Source: Planctomycetota bacterium (lineage in GTDB: Bacteria > Planctomycetota > B15-G4). Taken from it: 64,000 bases of DNA. The notes under the pieces are model-generated. The model worked only from the letters and a program-made list of their open reading frames with translations, ran no database searches and was not told where the DNA came from. Every line of letters starts with the position of its first letter. Position 1 is the stretch's first letter. The stretch lies in NCBI GenBank assembly GCA_965248575.1, contig CBDFJQ010000002.1, positions 1,024,001 through 1,088,000 of the forward strand, in the 5' to 3' direction. Below are positions 49,718 through 59,688 of this stretch, piece after piece. The translations under genes and the position numbers were made by a program.

Positions 49718-50970
49718 CCCAGGACAGCGGAGTGCAAGTGCGCTCCAGGGCAAGCCGTCGCCTTCCACTCCCGGTGTGTCCGCACTTCGCTCTTGGCGAT
49801 GTCGAACTGTCCGCGGAGGGCTTCCACCAGGCTGCTGAGACCTTCTAGCTGCGCTTGGGGAGCGTTGTGATTCTCGAAGTTGCCCAACAGACACACACCC
49901 ACATTGCCGATGTTGGCGGCGCCGCCTGCATGAGCACCCTGATACATCAGGCGCCGACCTTCCCACACACGCCCGGTCGGGTCGATCAGGAAGTGATAAC
50001 CGACATCGGCCCAGCCCTTGTCCTGTGTGTGGATGTCCTGGATCTGCTTGAGCTGCCCGACCGTCCCGTAGCTGCTCGGCGCGGGCATGGCAGAGTGATG
50101 CACCGTGATGCTCGTGATCGGCGTCATGGGCACATGGTCAGCGCGGATCTTCGCCGCACCCCACTCCTCACGCGTGCGGATTCCTGGGAGGAGCAAGGCG
50201 GGGTTGATGGGGATGATGCCATGGGGGATGTAGGCATCCGCCACCGTGGTGCGTGGAAGCCGGGCGCCACGCCGACCTGAGTCCATGAGCCGCGAACGCA
50301 CTGCCGGCAGCTGATCGCGGCCGTCGCGATCCAAGAGCGCGAGGTGCTTGGCGGCCATGGCCGAGTGCCCCGCCGCCTCACAGGCCACTACCAGCGAAGT
50401 CCGCAGTGCGCGTTCCTGTTCGTGGGTCAAACCGCGCGCGCCCAGGGCGAGGGTGTAGTGGTCCATTGCGGACTCGTAGGCGTGCACCGCCAGCTCGAGA
50501 TCGGCCCACTCCACCAGGATCTCGCCGCCGACACCGAAGGCATCGGGGCTCGCCTCCTGCCAGGCCCGGCCGTAGCTGGTCAAGGCCGACAGCTTGCGCC
50601 CGAGGCGCAGTTGTGCGCGCGCCGTCATGAGCTCCAGGGATGCCCGAACCGAGCGCGTGCGGACCGAGGGCAGCTTGTTCGAGACGAACTCCAGCAGCCC
50701 GCGATCATCGCCCGCTGCTGCCAGGCGGTCCGCCTCGACCCAGACGCTGGAGCTGGGGTGGCTGCGGGAACTGACGCGGGGCCGGGAAGCATCCGGCTGG
50801 AACGCGCTGCGGGGCAACCCCTCAGCGGGCCTGCTTGTCGCAGCGGTCGCCCCCCTGGCCGTGCCGTGATCCGCACGTCGCGCCTCCCGGGAAGGGAGGG
50901 CACACGATGTCACGCCCAGGCTCAGAGCCAGGGCCACCCACAACTGGAGTCCAACCGATGTCTGCCGCAT
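49678..50970 (-). CDS. Lipoprotein with TPR-like region and C-terminal PGRP-like N-acetylmuramoyl-L-alanine amidase (Amidase_2)
   Basis: Lipobox VTSC; REEWGA, VHHSA, GWADVGYHFLI, GAH, HRE..ATACPG. Confidence 0.9.
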   Translation of the reverse strand: MRQTSVGLQLWVALALSLGVTSCALPSREARRADHGTARGATAATSRPAEGLPRSAFQPDASRPRVSSRSHPSSSVWVEADRLAAAGDDRGLLEFVSNKLPSVRTRSVRASLELMTARAQLRLGRKLSALTSYGRAWQEASPDAFGVGGEILVEWADLELAVHAYESAMDHYTLALGARGLTHEQERALRTSLVVACEAAGHSAMAAKHLALLDRDGRDQLPAVRSRLMDSGRRGARLPRTTVADAYIPHGIIPINPALLLPGIRTREEWGAAKIRADHVPMTPITSITVHHSAMPAPSSYGTVGQLKQIQDIHTQDKGWADVGYHFLIDPTGRVWEGRRLMYQGAHAGGAANIGNVGVCLLGNFENHNAPQAQLEGLSSLVEALRGQFDIAKSEVRTHREWKATACPGAHLHSAVLGYRSGASATLSRQ

Positions 50971-51014
50971 GAAAAGTGAGCTTTGCAAGCCGCCAAGGGG
51001 GTTTCAATGCTGGA

Positions 51015-52286
51015 TCAATCAGCGTCCGCAGTCGGCGAGGCGTGAGATCGGGTCATGCGGGGGTGAAGCAGCCACCACAGAGCGCCCAGGGCTGCTGCCA
51101 CACCCGCCAGGACCAGGTAGATGAGCGTCAGATGCTGTTCCGGGGGCTGCTCCCAAGGCGAGCCCGACAGGGCCCAGAGCACCACACCGAATCCCAGCCT
51201 CGCCACCACGCTCTGGGCGGAGAGCAGCGAAGCCCGCTCGCTGCCCGAGACCCGGTGGTTCAGCGCCGTCCGCGCCATGGGCTGCATCAGCCCGAAACTC
51301 ACTTGCTGCAGGAACAAGAGGGGGGCCAGCAGCCACACGCCTGAGCCCGAGAGCCCCAGGAAGGAGACCACCATCAGCAGCACCACCAGCCACGCTGTGC
51401 CCCGCTCCCCCAGACGTCGGTGCAGGCGCGCCACGAACAGCGCTGAGATCCCCGCGACGAGGTTCAGCACGCACAACATCCCGCCGTGCCAGCGCAGATC
51501 GATCAGTCCATCGGCGATCAAAGTGGGCTGGTAGAGCTGGAACCCGAGCCGCAGGAACACGAACACCGTGGTGTACCAGCCGAACACCCACAAGATGTCC
51601 GAGCGCAGGGACTGACGCAGCACGGCGCTCCATTGAGGTCGGGGCCGCTGCAGCTGCCGTTGTCTGCCCGCTTCCCGAGGCAGCTTCCACGCGATGGCAG
51701 CCGCAGCCAGCATCAAGAGCACGCTGAGGTCGAAGGCGGCCGCCGTGCCCATGAAGAAGGCCACAAAGCCGCCCGCCAGGTCGGCAGCAGACACCCCGAA
51801 GAGTCGCCAGCGATGGGCGGCCGCCTCTTCCGCCAGCGCGTCCTTCCTGCGGCCATCAGCCACCACGAGCTCATAGAGATACGCACTGTCGGCGCCCGAG
51901 ATCATGGCGTGCGCCGCCCCCGTCAAAGCCATCGCAGCCAGGCAGAGGTCGTAGCTCTGGGCGTGACCCAACACGCCGAACCCCAGGCCCAGGACCAGGG
52001 GCCCAGCCACGAGCAGGGGGCGATAGGAAAAGCGATCCCCGATCCAACCCCAAGGCAGCTCAGCGAGCACCATGGAGAGGTAGTAGACCGACCAGAGCCC
52101 GAGGTACTGCCCGCTGTCGAAACCGCGCTGGGCAGTGAAGGCCGTGTACATCACCGGCACCCAGGCGAAGGAGAACACCAGGCTCGCGTACCAGCGGAAC
52201 ATGCGCACAGCCTGGGCCTGCGGACTGACCGGGGCGGCAGCCTGCGCGCCGGCCGGTGTCCCTGAATCGGGAGGGGTCGAGGACAT
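51015..52286 (-). CDS. MFS transporter
   Basis: Multiple TM helices; ELPWGWIGDRFSYR, SGADSAYLYE, RASLLS. Confidence 0.88.
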   Translation of the reverse strand: MSSTPPDSGTPAGAQAAAPVSPQAQAVRMFRWYASLVFSFAWVPVMYTAFTAQRGFDSGQYLGLWSVYYLSMVLAELPWGWIGDRFSYRPLLVAGPLVLGLGFGVLGHAQSYDLCLAAMALTGAAHAMISGADSAYLYELVVADGRRKDALAEEAAAHRWRLFGVSAADLAGGFVAFFMGTAAAFDLSVLLMLAAAAIAWKLPREAGRQRQLQRPRPQWSAVLRQSLRSDILWVFGWYTTVFVFLRLGFQLYQPTLIADGLIDLRWHGGMLCVLNLVAGISALFVARLHRRLGERGTAWLVVLLMVVSFLGLSGSGVWLLAPLLFLQQVSFGLMQPMARTALNHRVSGSERASLLSAQSVVARLGFGVVLWALSGSPWEQPPEQHLTLIYLVLAGVAAALGALWWLLHPRMTRSHASPTADAD

Positions 52287-52385
52287 GGGTGAGGACAGTG
52301 TGCGGGCGCACCCTCGCGGACTCAACGGAGTCGTGACAGCTGGCTGGGGGACAAGCGTCGCTGATCCGGCCGTTCACCCCTCCCG

Positions 52386-52413
52386 TTGACCGCTCGGGGC
52401 CAAGCCGTACCCT
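52386..52413 (+). promoter_or_regulatory. Sigma70-like promoter, probably leaderless
   Basis: TTGACC-N16-TACCCT, 7 nt before ATG 52421. Confidence 0.6.
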
Positions 52414-52420
52414 GTCGCCC

Positions 52421-53599
52421 ATGAATCTCGCCAGTCGCATGAGCCGCCTTGGAACCGAGACGGCCTTTGAAGTTCTTGCTCGAGCCCGTGCTCTCGAAGC
52501 CCAGGGCCGCTCGGTTGTCCATCTCGAGATCGGAGAGCCGGACTTCGAGACTCCGGCGAATGTCATCGCCGCGGGGCAGAAGGCCTTGGCGGATGGGTTC
52601 ACCCACTACGGCCCCAGCCCAGGCTTGCCGCAGTTCCGGGAAGCGATCGCGGCGGACTTCTCGGCCCGCCGCGGCTACGAGATCTCACCCGAGCAGGTGG
52701 TGGTCTTCCCAGGTGGAAAGCCCGTCATGTTCTTCATGATGTTGGCGCTGCTGGAGGAGGGCGATGAAGCCATCTACCCCAATCCGGGCTTTCCCATCTA
52801 CGAGTCCATGATCGATTACTGCGGCGCTCGCGCGGTGCCCCTCCCGCTGCGCGAAGAGAACGAGTTCAAGCTCGACGTGTCCGAGCTGGAGGGCCTCGTC
52901 ACGGACAAGACGAAGCTGCTCATCATCAACTCGCCGCAGAATCCCACGGGCGCCTTGCTGGGCACGGAGGAGATCCAGGCTGTCGCGAAGCTCTGCTCGG
53001 ACCGTGGCATCTGGCTGCTCAGCGACGAGATCTATTCGCGCATCCTCTACGAAGGTGCGCACGACACACCGCTCAAGTACGGCGACCCCTCGCGCATGGT
53101 CGTGCTGGACGGCTTCAGCAAGACGTACGCCATGACGGGCTGGCGCCTGGGCTACGGCATCATGTCGAAGGAGTTCGCGGTGCCCATGGCGCGCTTGCAG
53201 ACGAACGCCACCAGTTGCACCGCGGCCATGACCCAGATGGCGGGGCTTGAAGCGCTCACGGGCGACCAGTCCGACGTGCTGGCCATGGTGGAGGAATTCC
53301 ATCGTCGTCGCGACATCATCGTCGACGGGCTCAACGCGCTGGAGGGCATCCAGTGTCTGAAGCCCAAGGGTGCGTTCTACGTCTTCCCCAACATCCGAGG
53401 CACCGGCTTCAGCAGCAAGGAGCTCGCCACACGCCTCTTGGATGAGGCGGGGGTCGCCGCACTTTCGGGCACCTCCTTCGGCGCTCATGGTGACGGCTTC
53501 CTGCGCTTCAGCTACGCCAACTCGGTGGACAACATCCAGGAAGCCTTGAAGCGCCTCGAGTCCTTCCTCAAGTCGGCGCAACCTCAGGGACCATCCTGA
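52421..53599 (+). CDS. Class I/II PLP aminotransferase (aspartate aminotransferase-like)
   Basis: GEPDF, NSPQNPTG, DEIY, SKTYAMTGWRLG, RFSYA. Confidence 0.93.
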   Translation: MNLASRMSRLGTETAFEVLARARALEAQGRSVVHLEIGEPDFETPANVIAAGQKALADGFTHYGPSPGLPQFREAIAADFSARRGYEISPEQVVVFPGGKPVMFFMMLALLEEGDEAIYPNPGFPIYESMIDYCGARAVPLPLREENEFKLDVSELEGLVTDKTKLLIINSPQNPTGALLGTEEIQAVAKLCSDRGIWLLSDEIYSRILYEGAHDTPLKYGDPSRMVVLDGFSKTYAMTGWRLGYGIMSKEFAVPMARLQTNATSCTAAMTQMAGLEALTGDQSDVLAMVEEFHRRRDIIVDGLNALEGIQCLKPKGAFYVFPNIRGTGFSSKELATRLLDEAGVAALSGTSFGAHGDGFLRFSYANSVDNIQEALKRLESFLKSAQPQGPS

Positions 53600-53629
53600 G
53601 CAGGTCCCCGCAGCGAGCGCTCGCCCGAC

Positions 53630-55363
53630 TCACAACATGCGGTAGAGCTCGACCAGGTTGCTGAGGTCGTGGTGCAGGTTCACGAGGCGCGAGAGGCGCC
53701 AGCTGGGTGAGCGCAGCCGGGCATCGGACACCTCGCCCAACGCCTGGATGGTGTAGGCCAGCACGTACGACGGTTGGCGATCGTCCTCTGCCAGGGCCAG
53801 CAAGGCGGAGAGCGTGCGCCTATCGCCCACCTGACCCAGGGCAAAGACACGCGCCGCTCGATCCACGGTGCTGGGAACCTCGCCCAGGCCGGCCGTGAGA
53901 GCGTCCAACTCGTCCCGGGCGCCCAGCAGCCCCAGCCCCAGCACGGCCAGCCGAGAGACCTCGACATCGTGGACGGTCCGCGCCAGCTCGCCGAGCCGCT
54001 CCACGAGTTCCGGAGACGTCTGACCCAGCAGCCCAGCCGCCCGGCAGAGTGCCCCCACATAGACGGGCTCGCCGCGTTTCCCGAGGTCCTTCTGCAGGAC
54101 GGGCAGGAGCCGCACGTCTCCGAGCAAGGCCAGGGACGTGACCAGGGCAGCGCGGGCGCTCGTCTCATGCTCATCCTCGAGCCGCTTGAGAAGCGGCCCG
54201 CCATTGCCGGCGTGCCCATCCAGGGCCAAGGCCATGGCGACCTGGGGTCGCAGGATCGTGTTGGCCCGCTCGAGCTGCGCCCGCAGGAATTGGCGGCTCT
54301 CGGGGCGCCTCACACGGCCCAGGGCGCGGTAGAGAGCGGCCAAGGTGGCGAGATCACTTTCGTCCTGAGCGTGGCCCAGGAGCAGCTCAAGAATGGGGCC
54401 CTCAAGGTGCGCAGCGACACCCTCCAGGCCTGCGGCCGCAGAGCGGCGCAGCTGGTTGTCCGATCCCGAGAGCATCCTCAGCAGCTCCGGAACGACCTCC
54501 GGGCGACCCGATCGCCCGAGGGCCACGGCCAGCACCGACTGAAGTCGCGCGTCCTGCTTCACGTCCCAGCTGCCGGCCAGCTTCAGCAGCGCCGCAACGG
54601 GGGCGGCCTCTCCGGCCACGCCGGCGGCATACACCACGCCCGCCTGCAGCTGGTGATCCAGCTTTTGCAACGATCGGGGCCTCAGCAAGCGCTCCAGCAG
54701 CTGCACGGCCTCAGAAGTGCCCAGCAGACCGGCTGCCACGGCGGCCGCCTGTCGAACCTCTGAGTCCTCCGTACGATCGCCCAGCACGCTCCCGAGGCGC
54801 TCGACCGAAGCTCCCGACTGGCCGAAACCCAAAGCCAGGATCCCAACCGTTCGCACGAACAGATCCTTGTCTTGGGTTCCCTTGAGGATGGTGGGCCAGG
54901 CCGATTCGAATCCCAGGCGCGACAGGGCCAGCAAGGCCGTGGCGCGCACATCCCGATTGTGGTGCTTGGTGGCTGCCATCAAGACCGGCAAGACGGTCTG
55001 ACGTCGGATCCCCGGCTGCAGCTCCTCAAAGGCCCGCACCCGTGCCGGCACAGGGCCCCGCACAGCTGACGTTGCCCCAGCCTCGGGCACACCAACCGGG
55101 GTGGAAACGAGCGCCCGCATGCGAGCCCGGCGATCGACCAACTCCTCCCGATTGAACTCGAACCACCACTCCCACCGGTCCGGCTGCACCTCCAGGAAGG
55201 GCCCATAACCGGGCTGGACCACGGGCCGGTTCAGTTGGTCGAGGGGCGTGCCCGGCTCCGGGTGGGGCGGCAGATACTGCCCGCCGTGCGGGGGGGAGAG
55301 AAGCGGGCCGAGAAGGGCTGCGGGGGGCGTTGCGAGGCAGAGCGTCAGGAGCACAGCGAACAT
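53630..55363 (-). CDS. Exported HEAT-repeat protein
   Basis: Signal peptide, HGGQY..WEWWFEFN N-motif, many 'VR..A..AL' HEAT repeats. Confidence 0.85.
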   Translation of the reverse strand: MFAVLLTLCLATPPAALLGPLLSPPHGGQYLPPHPEPGTPLDQLNRPVVQPGYGPFLEVQPDRWEWWFEFNREELVDRRARMRALVSTPVGVPEAGATSAVRGPVPARVRAFEELQPGIRRQTVLPVLMAATKHHNRDVRATALLALSRLGFESAWPTILKGTQDKDLFVRTVGILALGFGQSGASVERLGSVLGDRTEDSEVRQAAAVAAGLLGTSEAVQLLERLLRPRSLQKLDHQLQAGVVYAAGVAGEAAPVAALLKLAGSWDVKQDARLQSVLAVALGRSGRPEVVPELLRMLSGSDNQLRRSAAAGLEGVAAHLEGPILELLLGHAQDESDLATLAALYRALGRVRRPESRQFLRAQLERANTILRPQVAMALALDGHAGNGGPLLKRLEDEHETSARAALVTSLALLGDVRLLPVLQKDLGKRGEPVYVGALCRAAGLLGQTSPELVERLGELARTVHDVEVSRLAVLGLGLLGARDELDALTAGLGEVPSTVDRAARVFALGQVGDRRTLSALLALAEDDRQPSYVLAYTIQALGEVSDARLRSPSWRLSRLVNLHHDLSNLVELYRML

Positions 55364-55486
55364 GTGCTGGAACCCTCGGAGATCGAGAGGCGTCGGGAGC
55401 GTGATCGACGCGCCCTGGGGCGCGGAGAGACGCGAAGCATGGCCCAGGGTAGAGACACGCCTCGCTGTGGCCTAGGATCCTATGTC

Positions 55487-56701
55487 ATGACTGCCCTCAG
55501 CTTGATGTTGCTCCTGTGCCTGGCGATGTCCCCGGTCGAAGCTCGTGTGGAAACTGCTGTAGGACCGGCCCCCCAGCCGGTCACCGAAGCGTCGCCGCTC
55601 AGCATTCCTGCCGCCGGATTCCAGGCTTCCTCCTCCCGGGAACTTCCCGGGGCCAGCTTCGCCGAGGCCACGGCAGCCGTGGTCCTGCACGCAGGACCCA
55701 GCGTCAACCACGCCGGCACCCTGAGCCTGTCTGTGGGGGCAGTGGTGCGCATGGGCTCACCCTCCAGCGGATCGTCGGAGTACGTTCCGGTCTACATCGC
55801 CAGCGGCTTCCCGGTGTATGTGCACGGCGACTTCGTGCAGGTGGACAAAGCGCGGCGGGTGGTGAGCGTGGAAGGCAGTCGGCTCAACCTGCGCCTGTTG
55901 CCAGCCACCGTCGGACTCCCGCCGGTGGGGCAGCTGGGCGAAGGCCCGCACGAGTTGCAGCTCCTGGACATCGAAGGCGAGTGGGTGCGGGTCTTGGCGC
56001 CGGTGAGTCTTCCGCTCTACGCACGCAACAAGAACCTTGAGGTGCGCACGCCTGCCCAAGCGTCCGAGCGCTGGTTCGCCGAGCTGGGCTCACGCGAGGG
56101 GCGCCGTCAAACGCAGATCGCCGCCTTCGAGGCCACGGACCCAACGCGCCTGCGGGACCGGCGCCTCGAGCAGCGCGTGCAACAGATGGCGGAGGCGACG
56201 CTCGACACTCTCAACGTAGGGCAGCTGCAGGACCGGGACCGGCAGCTCGATCAATTGGTGCGTGAAGTCCGCGCTGTTGATCGCCACGACCTCGTCGCCG
56301 AAGTGTCGGAGTTGCAGCGACAGGTCACTGCCGAAGGCGTGCGCCGGAAAGCCGCCGTCGCCGCCATGCTGGAAGCGGAGCGGGTTCGCGCACGCGAGGC
56401 CGCAAACCTGGTGCGCGAAGCCCGGGCCCTGGACTTCGGCCTGCGCTTCCTTGGAAAGGGCGAAGCCCGGACGGTGCACGGCCTGGTGACCAGGGCCAGC
56501 AGCCCCGACTCCGAGTCCGCCGTGTACAGCATCGAAGCCAAGGATGGCCGGCTCTACAAGTTGAGCGCCGCCAAGGACATCGCTGACTTGAAGGTCCTGA
56601 TCGGCAAGCGCGTCGAACTCGAAGGTCGAAGCCTGACCCTGGTCAACGTCGAGGGCCCCGTGCTGATCGTCGATTCGGTGACCCGCGTCTCCGTCCCCTG
56701 A
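55487..56701 (+). CDS. Exported protein with two SH3b-like domains, coiled coil and C-terminal OB-like domain
   Basis: Signal peptide; LHAGPS..YVHGDFV; LNLRLLP..GEWVRV; DLKVLIGKRVELEG. Confidence 0.75.
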   Translation: MTALSLMLLLCLAMSPVEARVETAVGPAPQPVTEASPLSIPAAGFQASSSRELPGASFAEATAAVVLHAGPSVNHAGTLSLSVGAVVRMGSPSSGSSEYVPVYIASGFPVYVHGDFVQVDKARRVVSVEGSRLNLRLLPATVGLPPVGQLGEGPHELQLLDIEGEWVRVLAPVSLPLYARNKNLEVRTPAQASERWFAELGSREGRRQTQIAAFEATDPTRLRDRRLEQRVQQMAEATLDTLNVGQLQDRDRQLDQLVREVRAVDRHDLVAEVSELQRQVTAEGVRRKAAVAAMLEAERVRAREAANLVREARALDFGLRFLGKGEARTVHGLVTRASSPDSESAVYSIEAKDGRLYKLSAAKDIADLKVLIGKRVELEGRSLTLVNVEGPVLIVDSVTRVSVP

Positions 56702-56739
56702 TCATCGCCCGGTAACCGCCTGCCCTTGACCGCCGCCCC

Positions 56740-58491
56740 GTGACTGCCGCCTTCGCCGTCGCCGCTTGCTTGCTCGCGTACGTCGTCGGCTATCGCGTCT
56801 ATTCGCGCTTCCTGGCCACGCGCATCTACGCGTTGGACCCAGACCGGCTCACGCCAGCCCACGAGTTCGCGGACGATGTGGACTACGTGCCCACGAGGCC
56901 CTCCGTCCTCTTCGGGCACCACTTCGCGTCCATCACCGGCCTGGCGCCCATGCTCGGCCCCGCGGTGGCCGTGATCTGGGGCTGGTTGCCCGCCATGATC
57001 TGGGTCGTCGTGGGGGCCCTGTTCGTCGGCTGCGTGCACGACTTCTCCGCGCTCGTGCTCTCGATCCGCAATCGGGGTCTCTCCATCGGAGCCGTCGCCG
57101 AGGACCTTCTGGGCCGGCGCGCCAAGGCCCTGTTCCACCTGGTGATCTTCTTCGGCGTGTCGCTCGCCATGGGCGTCTTCGTGCTCTACATCTCCCAGCT
57201 GTTCGGGCACGGGGCCTACCCCCAGGCGATCCTGCCCAGCGCGGGTCTGATGGTAGTGGCCATGGTGATCGGAATCCTGCTGCACCGCGGCCGCGTGCGC
57301 CTGGGCAGCTCCACAGCCGTGGGCTTCCTGCTGCTGCTGGGCCTGATCTTCGCTGCAGTGCAACTCGACACCTTCGGGTTGAGCGCCGAACAGTGGCCCG
57401 CCAGCGACAGCTTCAAATACGGTCTGCTCGTCTACGGCTTCCTGGCCTCTGTGCTCCCCGTCTGGACCCTGCTGCAGCCACGGGATTTCATCAACTCCCT
57501 GCTGCTGTACGTGGGTCTGATCGGCATGTACGCCGGCTTCTTCATGAGCGGCAAGGATTTCGCAGCACCGGCCGTGGTGCTGGAGCCGGAAGGGGCACCA
57601 CCACTCTTCCCCTTCGTCTTCATCACCATCGCCTGTGGCGCGGCCAGCGGATTTCATGCCCTCGTGTCCTCAGGAACGACCGCCAAGCAACTCTCGAACG
57701 AAACGCACGCACGACCGATTGGCTACGGCGGAATGATCGCCGAGTCCTTGCTCGGACTCCTGGCCGTCGTGGCGTGCTCGGCAGGAGCGCTGGGTGCCGA
57801 GGCCTGGTCGGGCGACGGTGCGTACGCCAGCTGGAGCAACATCAAAGGCGGTCCCGCGCTGGGCAACTTCATCCAGGGCGGCGGTTCCTTCCTGGAGCAG
57901 TTCGGCTTGAGCAGCGAACTGGCCGTGTCGTTCGTCGCCGTGATCGTGGTCTCCTTCGCACTCACCACCCTCGACTCGGCCACCCGCCTGCTGCGTTACA
58001 ACATCGAGGAGATCAGCCAGTCCGTGGGCGTGTCGCGGCTGGGCACCCGCTATCCGGCATCGCTGCTTGCCGTAGCGGCCATCTGGGTCTTCGCGTTCTA
58101 CGAAGTCACGGAGGTGAAGGCCGTGAGCGAAATCGTCCCAGACGCCAACGGCGTGCTGGTCGAAACGACGCGCATGGTGGAGACCACCCGCGAAGCGGGC
58201 ATCGCACTCTGGGGCTTGTTCGGAACGACCAACCAACTCCTGGCCGGGCTCACCCTGCTGCTGGCGACCCGTTACCTCGCGCGGCGCGGGCGACCCATCT
58301 GGTTCACGGCCGTACCGATGTTCTTCATGCTCGGCAGCACCCTGACGGCCATGCTGGCCAACATCCAGACCTACGCAGCAGGCAGCGACCGCTTGCTGCT
58401 CGTCGTGGGTTCGATGCTGCTTGCCCTGGGCCTTTGGGTCTGCCTCGAAGGCCTGTTGGCAACGCGCCGCGACAAGCTCTCGCCGCCCTGA
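56740..58491 (+). CDS. cstA: Carbon starvation protein A family transporter
   Basis: TPAH..DYVPT, GHHFASI, LPVWTLLQPRD, TIACGAASGFH, TTLDSATRL, LFGTTNQLLA. Confidence 0.95.
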   Translation: MTAAFAVAACLLAYVVGYRVYSRFLATRIYALDPDRLTPAHEFADDVDYVPTRPSVLFGHHFASITGLAPMLGPAVAVIWGWLPAMIWVVVGALFVGCVHDFSALVLSIRNRGLSIGAVAEDLLGRRAKALFHLVIFFGVSLAMGVFVLYISQLFGHGAYPQAILPSAGLMVVAMVIGILLHRGRVRLGSSTAVGFLLLLGLIFAAVQLDTFGLSAEQWPASDSFKYGLLVYGFLASVLPVWTLLQPRDFINSLLLYVGLIGMYAGFFMSGKDFAAPAVVLEPEGAPPLFPFVFITIACGAASGFHALVSSGTTAKQLSNETHARPIGYGGMIAESLLGLLAVVACSAGALGAEAWSGDGAYASWSNIKGGPALGNFIQGGGSFLEQFGLSSELAVSFVAVIVVSFALTTLDSATRLLRYNIEEISQSVGVSRLGTRYPASLLAVAAIWVFAFYEVTEVKAVSEIVPDANGVLVETTRMVETTREAGIALWGLFGTTNQLLAGLTLLLATRYLARRGRPIWFTAVPMFFMLGSTLTAMLANIQTYAAGSDRLLLVVGSMLLALGLWVCLEGLLATRRDKLSPP

Positions 58492-58560
58492 CACCGTGGC
58501 CTCAGCCAACGCCGGGCAGGGAGTGCCGCTCTCCGACAGCTCGCACGGCCGTCGCGACCC

Positions 58561-59688
58561 TCAGTCCTTGAGGTGTGGCGAGGCCGCGAGGAAGGCGTCG
58601 TAGCGATCCTCGGCAATGGCCTCTCGCGCCTGCTCCACGAGCCGATGCAGGAAGCGCAGATTGTGAACACTGCACAGCATGCGGCCGACGGGCTCCGCAG
58701 CCTTCACGAGGTGGCGCAGCACACCGAGGCTCCAATCGGTGCACGCCTCGCAATCGCACTCAGGGTCTGCGGGCCCCGTGGCCTTTTCAAAGCGCTTGTT
58801 GCGAAGGTGGATCGTGCCGCTGGAAGTGAACAAGGTGCCGTGCCTTCCGTTGCGGGTCGGCATGACACAGTCAAAGACATCGAAGCCTGCGCCGATGGCC
58901 GTCAACACGTCCCCTGGACGGCCAACACCCATGAGGTAGCGCACCCGGCTCGCGGGCAGCAGCTGGGCGTACTTGCGCGTCGCGGCCCGCAGGTCCTGCG
59001 GACTCTCGCCCACGGACAAACCGCCCACGGCAAAGCCGTCGAAATCCAAAGCGGTCAGCTGTTGCGCCGAGAGCTCGCGCAAGCCGTCGTCCAAGCCACC
59101 CTGGACGATGGCAAACAGCGCCTGCCCCTTTTGGCTCGTCGCCCGGTGATGCTTGAGCGCTCGCGTCGCCCACTCCGTCGTCCGCCGGACGGCCGTCTCC
59201 AGCAGGTCGCGGCTCGCGGGCAGAGGCGGGCAGTGGTCGAACACCATGGCGATGTCCGAGTCCAACGCCAGCTGGATGTCGGCAGCCTCGATCGGCCCCA
59301 GCCGCAGGGTCCTGCCGTCGATGGGGGAGCGGAAGCTCACCCCCTGGTCATCCAGCTTGGCGACATCCAGCATCGAGAACACCTGGAAGCCGCCGCTGTC
59401 CGTGAGGATCGGCCCGTCCCATTGCATGAAGCGGTGCAGGCCGCCGAGTGCCGCCACAACGTCCTCGCCCGGCCTGTCGTGGAGGTGGCAGGCATTGGCC
59501 AGGATCATCTGCGAACCCGTGGCGGCCAGGCGGTCCGGGGGCACGCCCTTCACGCTGCCGTAGGTTCCCACCGGGAGGAAAGCCGGGGTCTGCATGCTGC
59601 GGCCGCGCACCGTCATGGTCGCCACCCGCGCCGCTCCGCTTTGGTGGTGCACCTCCAGGGAAAGTCCCGCTGGACTCGTCGTCTTCAA
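58561..59688 (-). CDS. tgt: tRNA-guanine transglycosylase (paralogue 2)
   Basis: TPAFLPVGT, DSGGFQ, FDHC, VQGG, GGLSVGE, FDCVMPTRNGRHG, CDCEAC..HNL; TTG start overlaps spoIID stop (TTGA). Confidence 0.95.
   Translation of the reverse strand: MKTTSPAGLSLEVHHQSGAARVATMTVRGRSMQTPAFLPVGTYGSVKGVPPDRLAATGSQMILANACHLHDRPGEDVVAALGGLHRFMQWDGPILTDSGGFQVFSMLDVAKLDDQGVSFRSPIDGRTLRLGPIEAADIQLALDSDIAMVFDHCPPLPASRDLLETAVRRTTEWATRALKHHRATSQKGQALFAIVQGGLDDGLRELSAQQLTALDFDGFAVGGLSVGESPQDLRAATRKYAQLLPASRVRYLMGVGRPGDVLTAIGAGFDVFDCVMPTRNGRHGTLFTSSGTIHLRNKRFEKATGPADPECDCEACTDWSLGVLRHLVKAAEPVGRMLCSVHNLRFLHRLVEQAREAIAEDRYDAFLAASPHLKD

Noticed and set aside
58561..59688. Second TGT as a DpdA DNA-modification/defence system
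   Set aside because: Sequence is close to canonical tRNA TGT and no dpd or que-cluster neighbours are present
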